64,000 bases of DNA from Antedon mediterranea. Taxonomy: Eukaryota > Animalia > Echinodermata. Both the position numbers and the translations under genes were made by a program. Every line of letters begins with the position of its first letter. Position 1 is the first letter of the stretch. The stretch is taken from the NCBI RefSeq assembly GCF_964355755.1, contig NC_092679.1, positions 1,766,201 to 1,830,200 on the forward strand, given 5' to 3'. Under the pieces are notes generated by a model that was not told where the DNA came from, ran no database searches, and saw only the letters and a program-made list of their open reading frames with translations. Positions 12,689 through 22,221 of the stretch are shown piece by piece.

Positions 12689-13188
12689 CCTTATATGGTC
12701 AACGCCCGTTTTCGTTCTAAGCCTTAAATGGTCACACAAAGAACATAGGCCTAAATATGGTAAATTTACCGTACCCTTCCTCCGTTTATGAATATACTGT
12801 ATATGGTATTAGAGAGTCCTTATATGGTCATAAAAAGAACATAGCCCTATATATAGGGTAAAATTACCGTACCCTTCCGTTTATGAATATACTGTATATT
12901 TTATTAGAGAGTCCTTATATGGTCATAAAAAGAACATAGGCCTATATATAGGGTAAAATTACCGTACCCTTCCGTTTATGAATATACTGTATATGTTATT
13001 AGAGAGTCCTTATATGGTCATAAAAAGAACATAGGCCTATATATAGGGTAAAATTACCGTACCCTTTCCGTTTATGAATATACTGTATATGGTATTAGAG
13101 AGTCCTTAAATGGTCACACAATGAACATAGGCCTTATAGGGTACAATTACCGTACCCTTCCGTTTATGAATATACTGTATATGGTATT
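12689..13188. repeat. Tandem array, 95-96-bp unit, about 5 copies, each with a CArG box
   Basis: CC(A/T)6GG at 12689, 12722, 12818, 12913, 13008, 13104; units share accgtacccttccgtttatgaatatactgtatat. Confidence 0.92.
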
Positions 13189-14301
13189 GGATAAGAGTTT
13201 AGATATTCCAGATAATATTCAAGTATTGCTTAATGATCAGTTAATAATAGGGGATCTACAAGTCAGTCAGATTAACTCATTTCATCTGATTAAGAGATCG
13301 GGGACAATTATTTGTACAGGACTGGAGTGGTAATGGCTTTTTCGGCAACTGACGGACTCAATTTGATCGGTTATGCGAAGTTGTCAACAATAAATTGAAA
13401 GGATTAAATATTGTTTGTTTTTCTTGATATTTTTATATTGTTTTGATGTATAATAAAATTGAAATTATTGTTCTTAATAATAAGAACAGTGCAGTAACGA
13501 AAGAAACAATAATGATTCGAACATTAACGTTCACTCACACAGGATGGGTGCCAGTAGCCATAAATAAAAAATGTTTTTCATAACGATACTATGAGTATGA
13601 CTTTCCTTAGTTCTTATAGGGCAGAATCACTATCTGCTTGGTGTAACGGAGGCCAGGGGATTGTGATTTCGGAATGTCGTTTTTATATAGGCCTATATTA
13701 ATTAACTTCCATCGCCATGTTCAAAATCATGTTATACAACATTTTACGACATTGAGTTGCTACCGTCAGCTGCACAATCCTGTAGTTAAACAATGTCATG
13801 AAAGGCATTATCGATTATCAGCACAATCACTGTACAAACGAGTGTGTTTATATGTACCCGGGCAACCTCTATACGTCACAATAGCTTTAGTATCACGATT
13901 GTTTATTTTGTTCATTCTTCGACCGCCATGTTGTACGATATCGACTGAATGCTTGATCTATGTCGTCGACTAATTGGTGTTTGACAGTGGCTTGTCAATT
14001 TCTTGGCTTAATTAAGCCCTGATTAACGTAATGTAGTGTGGACAGTCGTGCCGTTGCTTGATATTAGAACTGTTATTTATATCGTGACAAAATAGTACAG
14101 AAGCGTTCAAGGAATTAAGATTTATTTGCAGTTTGTATTGTAACAAAATGGTAATGTTATTCTCGACGTCATCAAGATGCAACGCGTGTGACGCGCAGCG
14201 TTAAACGCATTGGTGTTTAGTTGTGACGTGTCTGCACTTTTTTTATAGCGAATTTGTTTACAGTACTTTATTTGTGTCAGTTTTGAAAGTTAAAAAGCTC
14301 C

Positions 14302-15465
14302 ATGGCGATCGCTTTCGGAGTAGCCGCTTTGTTCATCTTTCTTGTGGATTTTGTTGGCAACATTCTTGTATTCAACACATTTTTACGGACACCTAAACTC
14401 TCAACGTTGACGCTGAAATATTTAATTTTTAATATCATCTTTGCAAATATTTTAGCTGGTGTTGTTTGCATATTCCCGGATGCACTTTTTGCTCTGATAG
14501 GTTCGGCAGACACCTGGGCTTTGAATGAATCGATTTGTACGACCACCGCGTTTATTTACGCGTTTTCCTCATATCTCTGCTCGCACACTATAGTAACCAT
14601 TGCCATCGAGCGTTACGTGCGCATACGTCACCCTGTTCACTATGATAAGATATTTGGAAGGTGTGTGACTTTCGTGTGCATCTCTGGCCTGTGGTTCTAC
14701 TCTTTCGTTTTAGCCTTGCTACCCATAATCACATGGGGAGAGTATGGGTTCTCTGCCGCAGAGCATCGATGCAGTCCCACCGTAGAAGGGTGGCAGAAAC
14801 ACCCTAGCCATTTATCGTTCACAATTACTATGGGCATATGCTTTCCATTTGTGTTATCGTGTGCGTTATTTATTCTGAGCATCCTTCACGTGCGCAAGAT
14901 TCGACAAATGACGGAAGGTGAACGAGATGAGTCGTACGGCGACAAGTTACGACGCGCACAGAACAAAGTGAGGCGCGAAATACGCGATACGTCAAGTCTC
15001 ATTGAGAAGAAAAAGAAACGAACTAAAAAGAAAACCAAAAAGAAGAAGAAGAGTAAAAGCAAAGAAGAAGGTCATCATGATTTAGCCTCGAATGCTTCGG
15101 CATCCTCATCATCATCGTCATCCTCGTCATCGTCATCCTCGTCGTCCTCCGACAACGAAGAGGTGCCAACAGGTCATGAGAAATACAGACTAGCTCGTCG
15201 TGTTAGACGCCAGCAACGATACAGGCCACTCGAGACCATCTGGATGAGAACATTTCTGATCATAACTCTACTATTTATGCTTCTCTGTCTCCCCTATATT
15301 ATTGTGAAGTATAACATTATATACCAGAATGGGGATATTTCAGACAACATTCTCGCGGTTGCTGTCATCATAGCATTCACAATGCATACAATAAATCCTA
15401 TTGTTTATTTGACTAATAAGTACTACAGGAACGCTTTTACTAACACTTTAAAACGTAAAAAGTAA
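14302..15465 (+). CDS. Orphan rhodopsin-like (class A) GPCR, single coding exon, 387 aa
   Basis: Seven hydrophobic segments; GN in TM1, Cys at top of TM3, ERY, Trp in TM4, ECL2 Cys, Pro in TM5 and TM6, NPIVY in TM7, helix-8-like YRNAF. Confidence 0.92.
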   Translation: MAIAFGVAALFIFLVDFVGNILVFNTFLRTPKLSTLTLKYLIFNIIFANILAGVVCIFPDALFALIGSADTWALNESICTTTAFIYAFSSYLCSHTIVTIAIERYVRIRHPVHYDKIFGRCVTFVCISGLWFYSFVLALLPIITWGEYGFSAAEHRCSPTVEGWQKHPSHLSFTITMGICFPFVLSCALFILSILHVRKIRQMTEGERDESYGDKLRRAQNKVRREIRDTSSLIEKKKKRTKKKTKKKKKSKSKEEGHHDLASNASASSSSSSSSSSSSSSSSDNEEVPTGHEKYRLARRVRRQQRYRPLETIWMRTFLIITLLFMLLCLPYIIVKYNIIYQNGDISDNILAVAVIIAFTMHTINPIVYLTNKYYRNAFTNTLKRKK

Positions 15466-15985
15466 TGTAAAACAGTTCATTTTTAAAATATTGATTATGA
15501 ACATTCTCAACGCATGGTGGCGCTTGTCACAGATAATAAAAGATGCAGTGAACATTTTCTATTTTATACACATTTTATTGTCTTTATTTATAGTTGTGAA
15601 TTTACGTTTTTTAGTTATTTATAAAATAAATTTGACAATCAATATATTTAACTTCTAGTTCAGTGGACTGCAATAATTTATTATATTTTTGTTTGTCATA
15701 ATTTCCTTGTCCAAATATCATAGGCCTAATCAGGCACTATACAAAATAGCAAACTATTTTAACTCTATAAAAATGTGTTTAAAAATACTTTTGCTATCAT
15801 TTGTACATGTGCCTGTGTGTCGCAAGCTTCATTCCTAGTATTAGTTGTGCAATTAAATTTAACCCCAAATATCTGGTACTAAGCTCTTCCTGGAATTTGA
15901 ACATTGAATACTTCTGATCAAATATTCGTGGTTTTCAATGATTTTTGGAATTAGTAATTTCAAAGTGAAAATGAAGTAGTAGAGC

Positions 15986-16108
15986 GTTACATCAGAGCCA
16001 TATATATATGGCTCTGAGTTACATCAGAGCCATATATAGAGATAGAGATATATATGGCTCTGAGTTACATCAGAGCCATATATATATATGGCCGGCTCTG
16101 AGTTACAT
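15986..16108. repeat. Three tandem CAGAGCC(AT)nGGCTCTG palindromes separated by (a)gttacat direct repeats; P-like transposon footprint candidates
   Basis: Perfect palindrome 15992-16017; gttacat occurs four times, bracketing each unit. Confidence 0.7.
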
Positions 16109-16109
16109 T

Positions 16110-16256
16110 TGTAAAGACCGCCCTCTGTTGGTAGACCCATCTTGTAAAAAAAAACACTAAAAAAGTAAAACACGTATTATTTTTGTGGTAGGGCCTAGGC
16201 GCGCCTAGCTTGATTGTATGTTTTGGATCAAATCATGCAAGCAAGCGGTTGTAAGT
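16110..16256 (+). promoter_or_regulatory. Probable LCLAT1 promoter and non-coding first exon
   Basis: GC/CpG-richer patch, donor GTAAGT at 16251-16256, strong acceptor t10atag at 16654 upstream of the ATG. Confidence 0.45.
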
Positions 16257-16698
16257 GTGGCGTAGTGCATTATTAGGTTTGTTCAAGCAGTTTGTAGATA
16301 GAAGAAGCCTCCACTAGAACTCCCTCCACTAGCCTAGGCCTAGGCCTTTTTTACTTTCATTTATATGCCGGCTAGACGTCCCCCTCAGTCGGCCTTTCTC
16401 TTTCTTAGCAGTCTCCATCTAGGCCTCCTACTAGAGTATAGGCCTATAACTTACTGTCTATTAAAAATACCTTGTTGCATTAACTATTGTGCACGAGTTT
16501 AAATGTTGCATTGTATAATACTAAACTCATGACCAGAAGTAGATTTTGATGTGTAATTTGTGGATTTATTGTTATTCATTGTTAATCAGTGTCAGTTAAT
16601 GTATTTATGACATATAGGGATGGTACACCTTCTTAAATTGTTTTTTTTTTATAGATTTATACTCATAACAATAAAAGCTGTGAAGACAATAAACAAGA

Positions 16699-16872
16699 AT
16701 GAAAGAACAAGGAACAGTAGCAGGGGTGTTCTATCTAACATTCCTCTTTTTATCAGCCTTCTTTGGTAGTGTCTTTATGATGGGACCATTTCTGCCATTG
16801 ATGGTGTTACACCCGTCTTTGTACAGACAATTGAATGACATCTTAATGGCAATGTGGTTGAGTTTACCAGTG
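16699..16872 (+). CDS. LCLAT1: Lysocardiolipin acyltransferase 1, coding exon 1
   Basis: MKEQGTVAGVFYLTFLFLSAFFGSVFMMGPFLPLM...WLSLPV|gtaagt; matches the LCLAT1 N-terminal FFGSxFMLxPFLPL pattern. Confidence 0.88.
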
Positions 16873-17079
16873 GTAAGTCCTCAGTTATTTATACATCAGT
16901 AGCCCTTCTTGTTATGAAATAATGAATGTGGTTTGTAATGCTTTTTCTGAGGTTTGCATCATTTCATAAAGTGATATAATACATTATTCATCATTATATG
17001 GCCCAACCCTATGACTCTCTATCTATTATTGTTTATATTTGCATACACAATAATTATCCAATTGTTTTCTTTTTTACAG

Positions 17080-17089
17080 GCTTTACTAG
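17080..17089 (+). CDS. LCLAT1: LCLAT1 10-nt micro-exon (A-L-L plus first base of E)
   Basis: ttttcttttttacag|GCTTTACTAG|gtaagt; needed to keep frame and restores the LPVALLE sequence of LCLAT1. Confidence 0.88.
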
Positions 17090-17246
17090 GTAAGTATGTT
17101 ACTACACACTTTTGTATTACACTACTTTCACAACAATGCTAGTGTGAGCTTAATTGAAACTGGTTGGGAGAAAAAACTAAGCATTATCAACATTCAGATA
17201 AGGAAGTTATGCAGCAATAAAATGATTCAAATAACTTTCATTTTAG

Positions 17247-17435
17247 AATTGGTTCATAAGGTGAAGTTCTTTTCAACTGGTGATAGAATAAGACCAAAAG
17301 AGAAGTGTGTGATCATAATGAATCATCGCACCAGATTAGACTGGATGTTCTTCTGGCAGTGCCTCTTTCATCAGTCATCTCTTCGTCATGAAAAGATCAT
17401 TTTAAAGGCTGGATTGAAAAATGTTCCAGGACCTG
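17247..17435 (+). CDS. LCLAT1: LCLAT1 coding exon 3 (catalytic NHxxxxD motif)
   Basis: ELVHKVKFFSTGD...IIMNHRTRLDWMFFW...LKNVPGP; ttttag| and G|gtaaaa. Confidence 0.92.
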
Positions 17436-17508
17436 GTAAAACATTTGTATTTTATCCATCCATTATCAAAGCATCAACTTCAATTGTTAATTTTGTTAGC
17501 ACCTTTAA

Positions 17509-17817
17509 AGATGTATTGTCCCACAAAAACATGAAAAATAAAGATTAATAAAATCAGACTTTGAATAGATTATTTTGTAGTTTTAATAAAGGTAATCACT
17601 TCCGTAGAAAAAAAAAACAGAAAAAATTAATGTTTTCACTTAAAATGACAAAATTAATGATTTAATTCAACCAAAAATCCATTTTAGCTGACAGCCAATT
17701 TGACTGTTTTTTTAGTTTAATATATATATTTTTTTCAATCCAATTTTTTGCCAAGTGGGTAACTATTAGGCTAGGTGACATCAACAAAATATTTTTTTTT
17801 TTTCAGGGGATACATCT
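17509..17817. mobile_element. Kolobok-like non-autonomous element (intronic, degenerate)
   Basis: TTAA|AGATGTATTGTCCC ... GGGGATACATCT|TTAA; same termini as 54461-55007. Confidence 0.6.
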
Positions 17818-17904
17818 TTAATTGTTTATGGCAGCTGTAGAAAGGTAGAACACATCACGGCATTGGTACTTGAATTCAATTTGTTAACACTTTTATTTTT
17901 TTAG

Positions 17905-18036
17905 GATGGGCAATGCAAGTGGCAGGATACATCTTCTTATCTCGTGTCTGGGAGAAAGATGAAGCCATATTAGAAGAATCGTTAGACTATTTCCATCAAC
18001 TTCAGTATGAACATCAGATATTGCTGTTCCCTGAAG
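17905..18036 (+). CDS. LCLAT1: LCLAT1 coding exon 4
   Basis: GWAMQVAGYIFLSRVWEKDE...LLFPEG (acyltransferase motifs II and III). Confidence 0.92.
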
Positions 18037-18049
18037 GTAAAAATGAAAG

Positions 18050-18260
18050 TGGAGCTGTAGCTTGGCAGTTAGCTTGCTTGCCTTCCAATCCCAAAGTCCG
18101 GGGTTCATTCCTGATCTAGTGCCGGGGTTGTAACTCACAACTCTTTCAACTCCAATCCCTAAGTGTCAAATGAGACTTGGTTTATAAAGCAAAATCAATT
18201 TAAAATAGATTATCCATCCTGTAATTGGCGAGTTTGTGCACGCTGTTGGATGTGTATGAA
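18050..18260 (+). mobile_element. Degenerate tRNA-derived SINE-like sequence
   Basis: A-box-like tagcttggcagttag and B-box-like ggttcattcc at tRNA spacing, followed by a non-tRNA body. Confidence 0.4.
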
Positions 18261-18486
18261 AAAAAGCAAAATAAAAAAATTTAAAGGATTAGATTGGTGA
18301 AAACGTGGTAGCTTTCGGTATTCCACCAGATCTGAGAGTACTTACACAAGGAGGGTACTTAGCCCATGCTTTCTAGAGGCTTAGGTGCTGCTGCTTGGAC
18401 TCAACCCCTTGAGCCCAACATTTGGATTTGAACCCAACACCCTGGGATTTGTAAGCAAGTAATTAAATTAATTTTTTATTCAAAAG

Positions 18487-18618
18487 GTACTGATTTTTGT
18501 AAAGATTCAAAGCCTGCCAGTGATCGATATGCCAAGAAAAATGATCTTGAAATCTATAAGTACGTCCTTCATCCACGTACGACAGGCTTTAAGTACATTC
18601 TGCAGAATCTTATAAAAA
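18487..18618 (+). CDS. LCLAT1: LCLAT1 coding exon 5
   Basis: GTDFCKDSKPASDRYAKKNDLEIYKYVLHPRTTGFKYILQNLIK; donor gtaagt. Not in the ORF track. Confidence 0.92.
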
Positions 18619-18883
18619 GTAAGTAACCACTAGAGTAGAGCCCCTCCTTTGAGACAGCACTATTCATAGGACACTTTTCTGGGAAATAAACAAAGGGAAA
18701 TATTTTTAAGACTACAGTTGACCTATATCAAGGGAACACCGCTATTCAGGAGGCACAATAATGTGTCATCTTACTTAGTTGTCAATTATATAGCAATTCA
18801 ATATGGAGCTTCGAATACATAAAACAAAATGTTGAATTTTCATATTAAGAAACATACTTAACAATAAAAACTAAACCATATAA

Positions 18884-19043
18884 AGCTCTGTCTACACTAT
18901 CAAACTAGTTTGAAAAAAAAGTATGATGTGCCCAAATACAGTACTGATATGCCCAAATATGGTGGTGATATGACATCATCATGACCATATATGGGCACAT
19001 CATATTTTGTTGTCGCATAAAGTTTGAAAGTATAGACAGAGCT
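18884..19043. mobile_element. Harbinger-type MITE family A copy (complete)
   Basis: TAA|AGCTCTGTCTACACTATCAAACT ... AGACAGAGCT|TAA. Confidence 0.82.
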
Positions 19044-19068
19044 TAAGCAATGTTTTAACATATTTTAG

Positions 19069-19607
19069 ACAATATGGTTGATGCAGTATATGACATAAGT
19101 CTTGGCTATCCCGACGGAATTCCAACTAAAGGAGAGATGGATATTGTACATGGGAGATTCCCAGGAGAAGTACATTTCAACATCCGACGTCATCCCATCG
19201 CTTCTTTACCAAAAACAGACGAAGACATTCAAAATTGGTGCATCCAACGTTGGAAAGAAAAAGAGGAAACACTTAGAAAGTTTTACGAGGAAGATAAACA
19301 ATTTGTTGATAATGAAAAAAGTGCATTAGGAGGTGAATCACCAGCTGGTGACTCCTCTCTGGTGGATTCACCTGCAGTACATTCAGATGACAAACAATTA
19401 AATACCTTGTATCTTTACTTAGCAGTATTATACTGGTTCGTGTTTCTACTAACATCAACCTACTTACTTTATACGTACGTTTTAGCACGATTATTTTTTG
19501 CGGCCGTGTGTGTGTTTTACATCATTCAGGGCTTGTTCAGAGGTGGTATTGATCACCTCATTGTATCCCGTCTCAAGAGCTACTTGCACAAAACAAAATC
19601 AAATTGA
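19069..19607 (+). CDS. LCLAT1: LCLAT1 last coding exon
   Basis: VDAVYDISLGYP...FPGEVHFNIRRHPI...WKEKEETLRKFY, two C-terminal TM segments, KTKSN (KxKxx ER-retrieval-like) end; spliced CDS totals 1176 nt. Confidence 0.92.
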
Positions 19608-19758
19608 TTTTCATAATTCAGTCCTTCAGTAGTAGCTACATAATCTGTAGACATTCCATCCCTAACTTACCAAATTAGCTATGACCGTTTATTACGGTAT
19701 ATAGGTTTTGTAAATGCTTTATTATGAGGTTTAGGCAATTCCAAAAAAAATGATTGTG

Positions 19759-19830
19759 GCTAGTCGGATGCAAGATTTGAACTCAGCTTCCTGCAATTTG
19801 AACATTAGCGCACAACCGGCTGTGCTACTA
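19759..19830 (-). mobile_element. Degenerate tRNA-derived SINE head
   Basis: Minus strand tagcacagccggttg (A-box-like) ... gagttcaaatctt (B-box-like). Confidence 0.4.
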
Positions 19831-20335
19831 GACATTTCTGCTTAACCAAATACTGTTGTGATATTGTAGTTGTTTCTTTTATACGGCCTCAAGCCTCCGT
19901 TTTAAAATAAAGATTTTATTATTTGGCAATTTTTAGCAATGTCTGAAATGTTATACTGTACTTACATCTAAAGGCAATTTGTATTAATAGTCCAGTGATA
20001 AATCGTACAGTTACTAATATTGTTGCTAAATTAGTGTACAGTTTTGTGTTGTACCTCTATAGTTTTTACTCGGGGTACCCGAGTCTAGGACTTACTCATT
20101 TTCTCCTCTTCTTCCTCCATCTGGACACTATTGAGTAAAAAGTGCGATTTTTAAAGTACTACTCCTCCCTTATTCGTTGTAGTATTGAGCTGGGATTTGG
20201 CATGAACATACTACAGGGACATGTCCTCAAATCTATAGAGCCGGATTTTTAATTTTTTGTTAATTAATTTGTTTAATTAAGAAGCCACAATGTGTGACAC
20301 ACACCACAGCGTTATGTATTTATATGGTTATATGC

Positions 20336-20407
20336 GGATTCTTGGCGTAGTGGTTATCACGTTTGCTTAACACGCAGAAGGTACCTGGTTCGAGCCCGGA
20401 CGAAACC
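20336..20407 (+). pseudogene. tRNA-Val(AAC)-derived copy 1
   Basis: GGCGTAGTGGTTATCACG-TTTGC-TTAACAC-GCAGA-AGGTA-CCTGG-TTCGAGC-CCGGA-CGAAACC plus T-run; mismatches in acceptor and T stems. Confidence 0.75.
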
Positions 20408-20621
20408 TTTTTTTTAAACGTTATGGTGAAAAGTACTCTATACGCAATATGATAATTATACACAGTATATATTATTTTTATTATTTTTTTAAATACTTAT
20501 TTTGTGTAATCGGTAATTATCACTTTTACATATGTTTATTTTTCTTTGTGCTTATTACCATATTTATTTGTAATTTAAATGGATTAAAAAACTTTCTGTA
20601 ACCCACATTTTTAGTGTAAGT

Positions 20622-20693
20622 GGTTTTCGTAGTGTAGTGGTTGTCAAGTCTGCTTAACACGCAGAAGGTCCCGGTTCGAGCCCTGGCGAAACC
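20622..20693 (+). pseudogene. tRNA-Val(AAC)-derived copy 2
   Basis: Intact anticodon arm TCTGC-TTAACAC-GCAGA with A and B boxes; D-stem mismatch and T-stem indel. Confidence 0.75.
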
Positions 20694-20855
20694 TCGGGTT
20701 TCTTTTACTTTATGGTGAAATAACTGTATACGTCTGTATACAGCTTCTTTCTCTGTACCCCGAGTATTGCACATTCGTGCTTTTTTGTTAATTAATTTGT
20801 TTAATTAAGAAGCCACAATGTGTGACACACACCACAGCGTTATGTAGTTATATGC

Positions 20856-20919
20856 GGCGTAGTGGTTATCACGTTTGCTCAATACGCAGAAGGTACCTGG
20901 TTCGAGCCCGGGCTAAACC
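20856..20919 (+). pseudogene. tRNA-Val-derived copy 3 (5'-truncated, anticodon loop mutated)
   Basis: Duplicate of copy 1 lacking the 5' acceptor strand. Confidence 0.7.
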
Positions 20920-21130
20920 TTTTTTTTTAAACTTTATGGTGAAAAGTACTGTATACCTCAATATGATAATTATACACAGTATATCTTATTATTATTTTTT
21001 TAAATACTTATTTTGTGTAATCGGTAATTATCACTTTTACACATGTTTATTTTGCTTTGTGCTTATTACCATTTATTTGTAATTTAAATGGATTAAAAAA
21101 CTTTCTGTAACCCACAATTTTAATGTAAGA

Positions 21131-21201
21131 GGTTTCGTAGTGTAGTGGTTGTCAAGTCTGCGTAACACGCAGAAGGTCCCGGTTCGAGCCCTGGCGAAAC
21201 C
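21131..21201 (+). pseudogene. tRNA-Val(AAC)-derived copy 4
   Basis: Acceptor stem GGTTTCG/CGAAACC perfect, anticodon AAC; D- and T-stem defects as in copy 2. Confidence 0.72.
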
Positions 21202-22081
21202 TATTTTTCTTTAACTTTCTAACTGTATACGTCTGTATACAGCTTCTTTCGCTGTACCCCGAGTATTGCACATTCGTGCTTGTTTTAATTGTCAAAAGTC
21301 AGTATTATTTGTAATGAATTTGATGGATACATTTAGGATAGTTTTAAGCTTATTTAATTAAAAGAATCTGTCATTTAGTGTTGGCACTCTAGGCCATTAT
21401 AGACTTGGTTCAGCCTGAAATTGTTGTTTTTTTAAATATTTAACTATATTTGCTTTAATACATACACTTTTTGTATACTGTATTAGCAGGGAAGAGTGTC
21501 ATTTCAGTCTTCCCTGATATTAGCAATAATTATGAATTTTAACCGCATTCAATTGTGTTGATATGTTTATATTGAAAGGTTTGTGCTTTAAAAAAATTGG
21601 TATTCGCAATAAAAAATTGATTATTAAATATTGCAGGCTTTATGTAGAGTATTTTAAAATTGTCTTTTACTTCATGTATTTGAAATATCCCAGTTATAAT
21701 ATGACTCTGATTGGTATGCATGAATAGCGCCCTCTTGTTGAAGTTATGGTATTGTGATATATGTCGCAGACAATTAACTTTTTTATTTAATCAATTCAAG
21801 CCCGTAGCCAGGATAAGTCCATAGATGTACTTTTTCCATAACATGGAACTTTTTTCAACAAAGATGGCAACAATCGTTTTAATCTAAGTTATGCCTTTTT
21901 ATTATCACATTTGCTATCTCTAGTAGAAAAAGGCATTTCAGAAAGAGGGGAGGGGGTTCATTCGTACATCTTCCTGTACGTATTAAAACCCACTCCATCC
22001 CCTACATGATTGCAATTCATGTTTCCTTGGCGTGATTGCAACCCTTCCAATACCATTGCTAATACCACCTCCACATTTTCA

Positions 22082-22221
22082 AGCTCTGTCTACTTTATGT
22101 GACAAAAAAAGTGATGTGCTCATATATGATGTCATATCACTACCATATTTGAGAACATCACTACCATATTTGGGCACTTTACACTTTTTTTTATACTATA
22201 GTTGATAGTGTAGGCAGAGCT
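22082..22221. mobile_element. Harbinger-type MITE family A copy (reverse orientation)
   Basis: AGCTCTGTCTAC ... GCAGAGCT|TAA; internal cactaccatattt repeats. Confidence 0.78.

Larger units (their letters stand above)
20063..21281 (+). mobile_element. Helentron-associated (HINE/DINE-1-like) non-autonomous element with duplicated 3' part and captured tRNA-Val-derived sequences
   Basis: T-run then ACTCGGGGTAC (20068-20078) within a 5' palindrome; its inverse GTACCCCGAGT at 20755 and 21254, each followed by hairpin GCAC-ATTC-GTGC and Ts; 20253-20780 is duplicated as 20781-21279. Confidence 0.7.

Noticed and set aside
12689-13188. CRISPR-like appearance of this and the other tandem arrays (52961, 58988, 44816)
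   Set aside because: Whole units are repeated with no unique spacers, no cas genes, and the DNA is eukaryotic.
14277-14882. Antisense ORFs over the GPCR (also 41398-41745 and 62783-63052 over FoxN2/3)
   Set aside because: Shadow ORFs of real coding exons with no recognisable domains.
14302-15465. GPCR as an opsin (ECL2 WGEY...C resembles opsins)
   Set aside because: Position 7.43, the retinal-binding Lys, is Phe (IAFTMHTINPIVY).
17096-17246. N-terminal part of the 150-aa ORF as LCLAT1 coding sequence
   Set aside because: Intron; LCLAT1 similarity starts at the 17247 acceptor and the micro-exon supplies the link.
20336-21201. Functional tRNA-Val gene cluster
   Set aside because: Every copy has stem mismatches, indels or truncation, and all lie inside a repeat element; treated as derived copies pending tRNAscan-SE.
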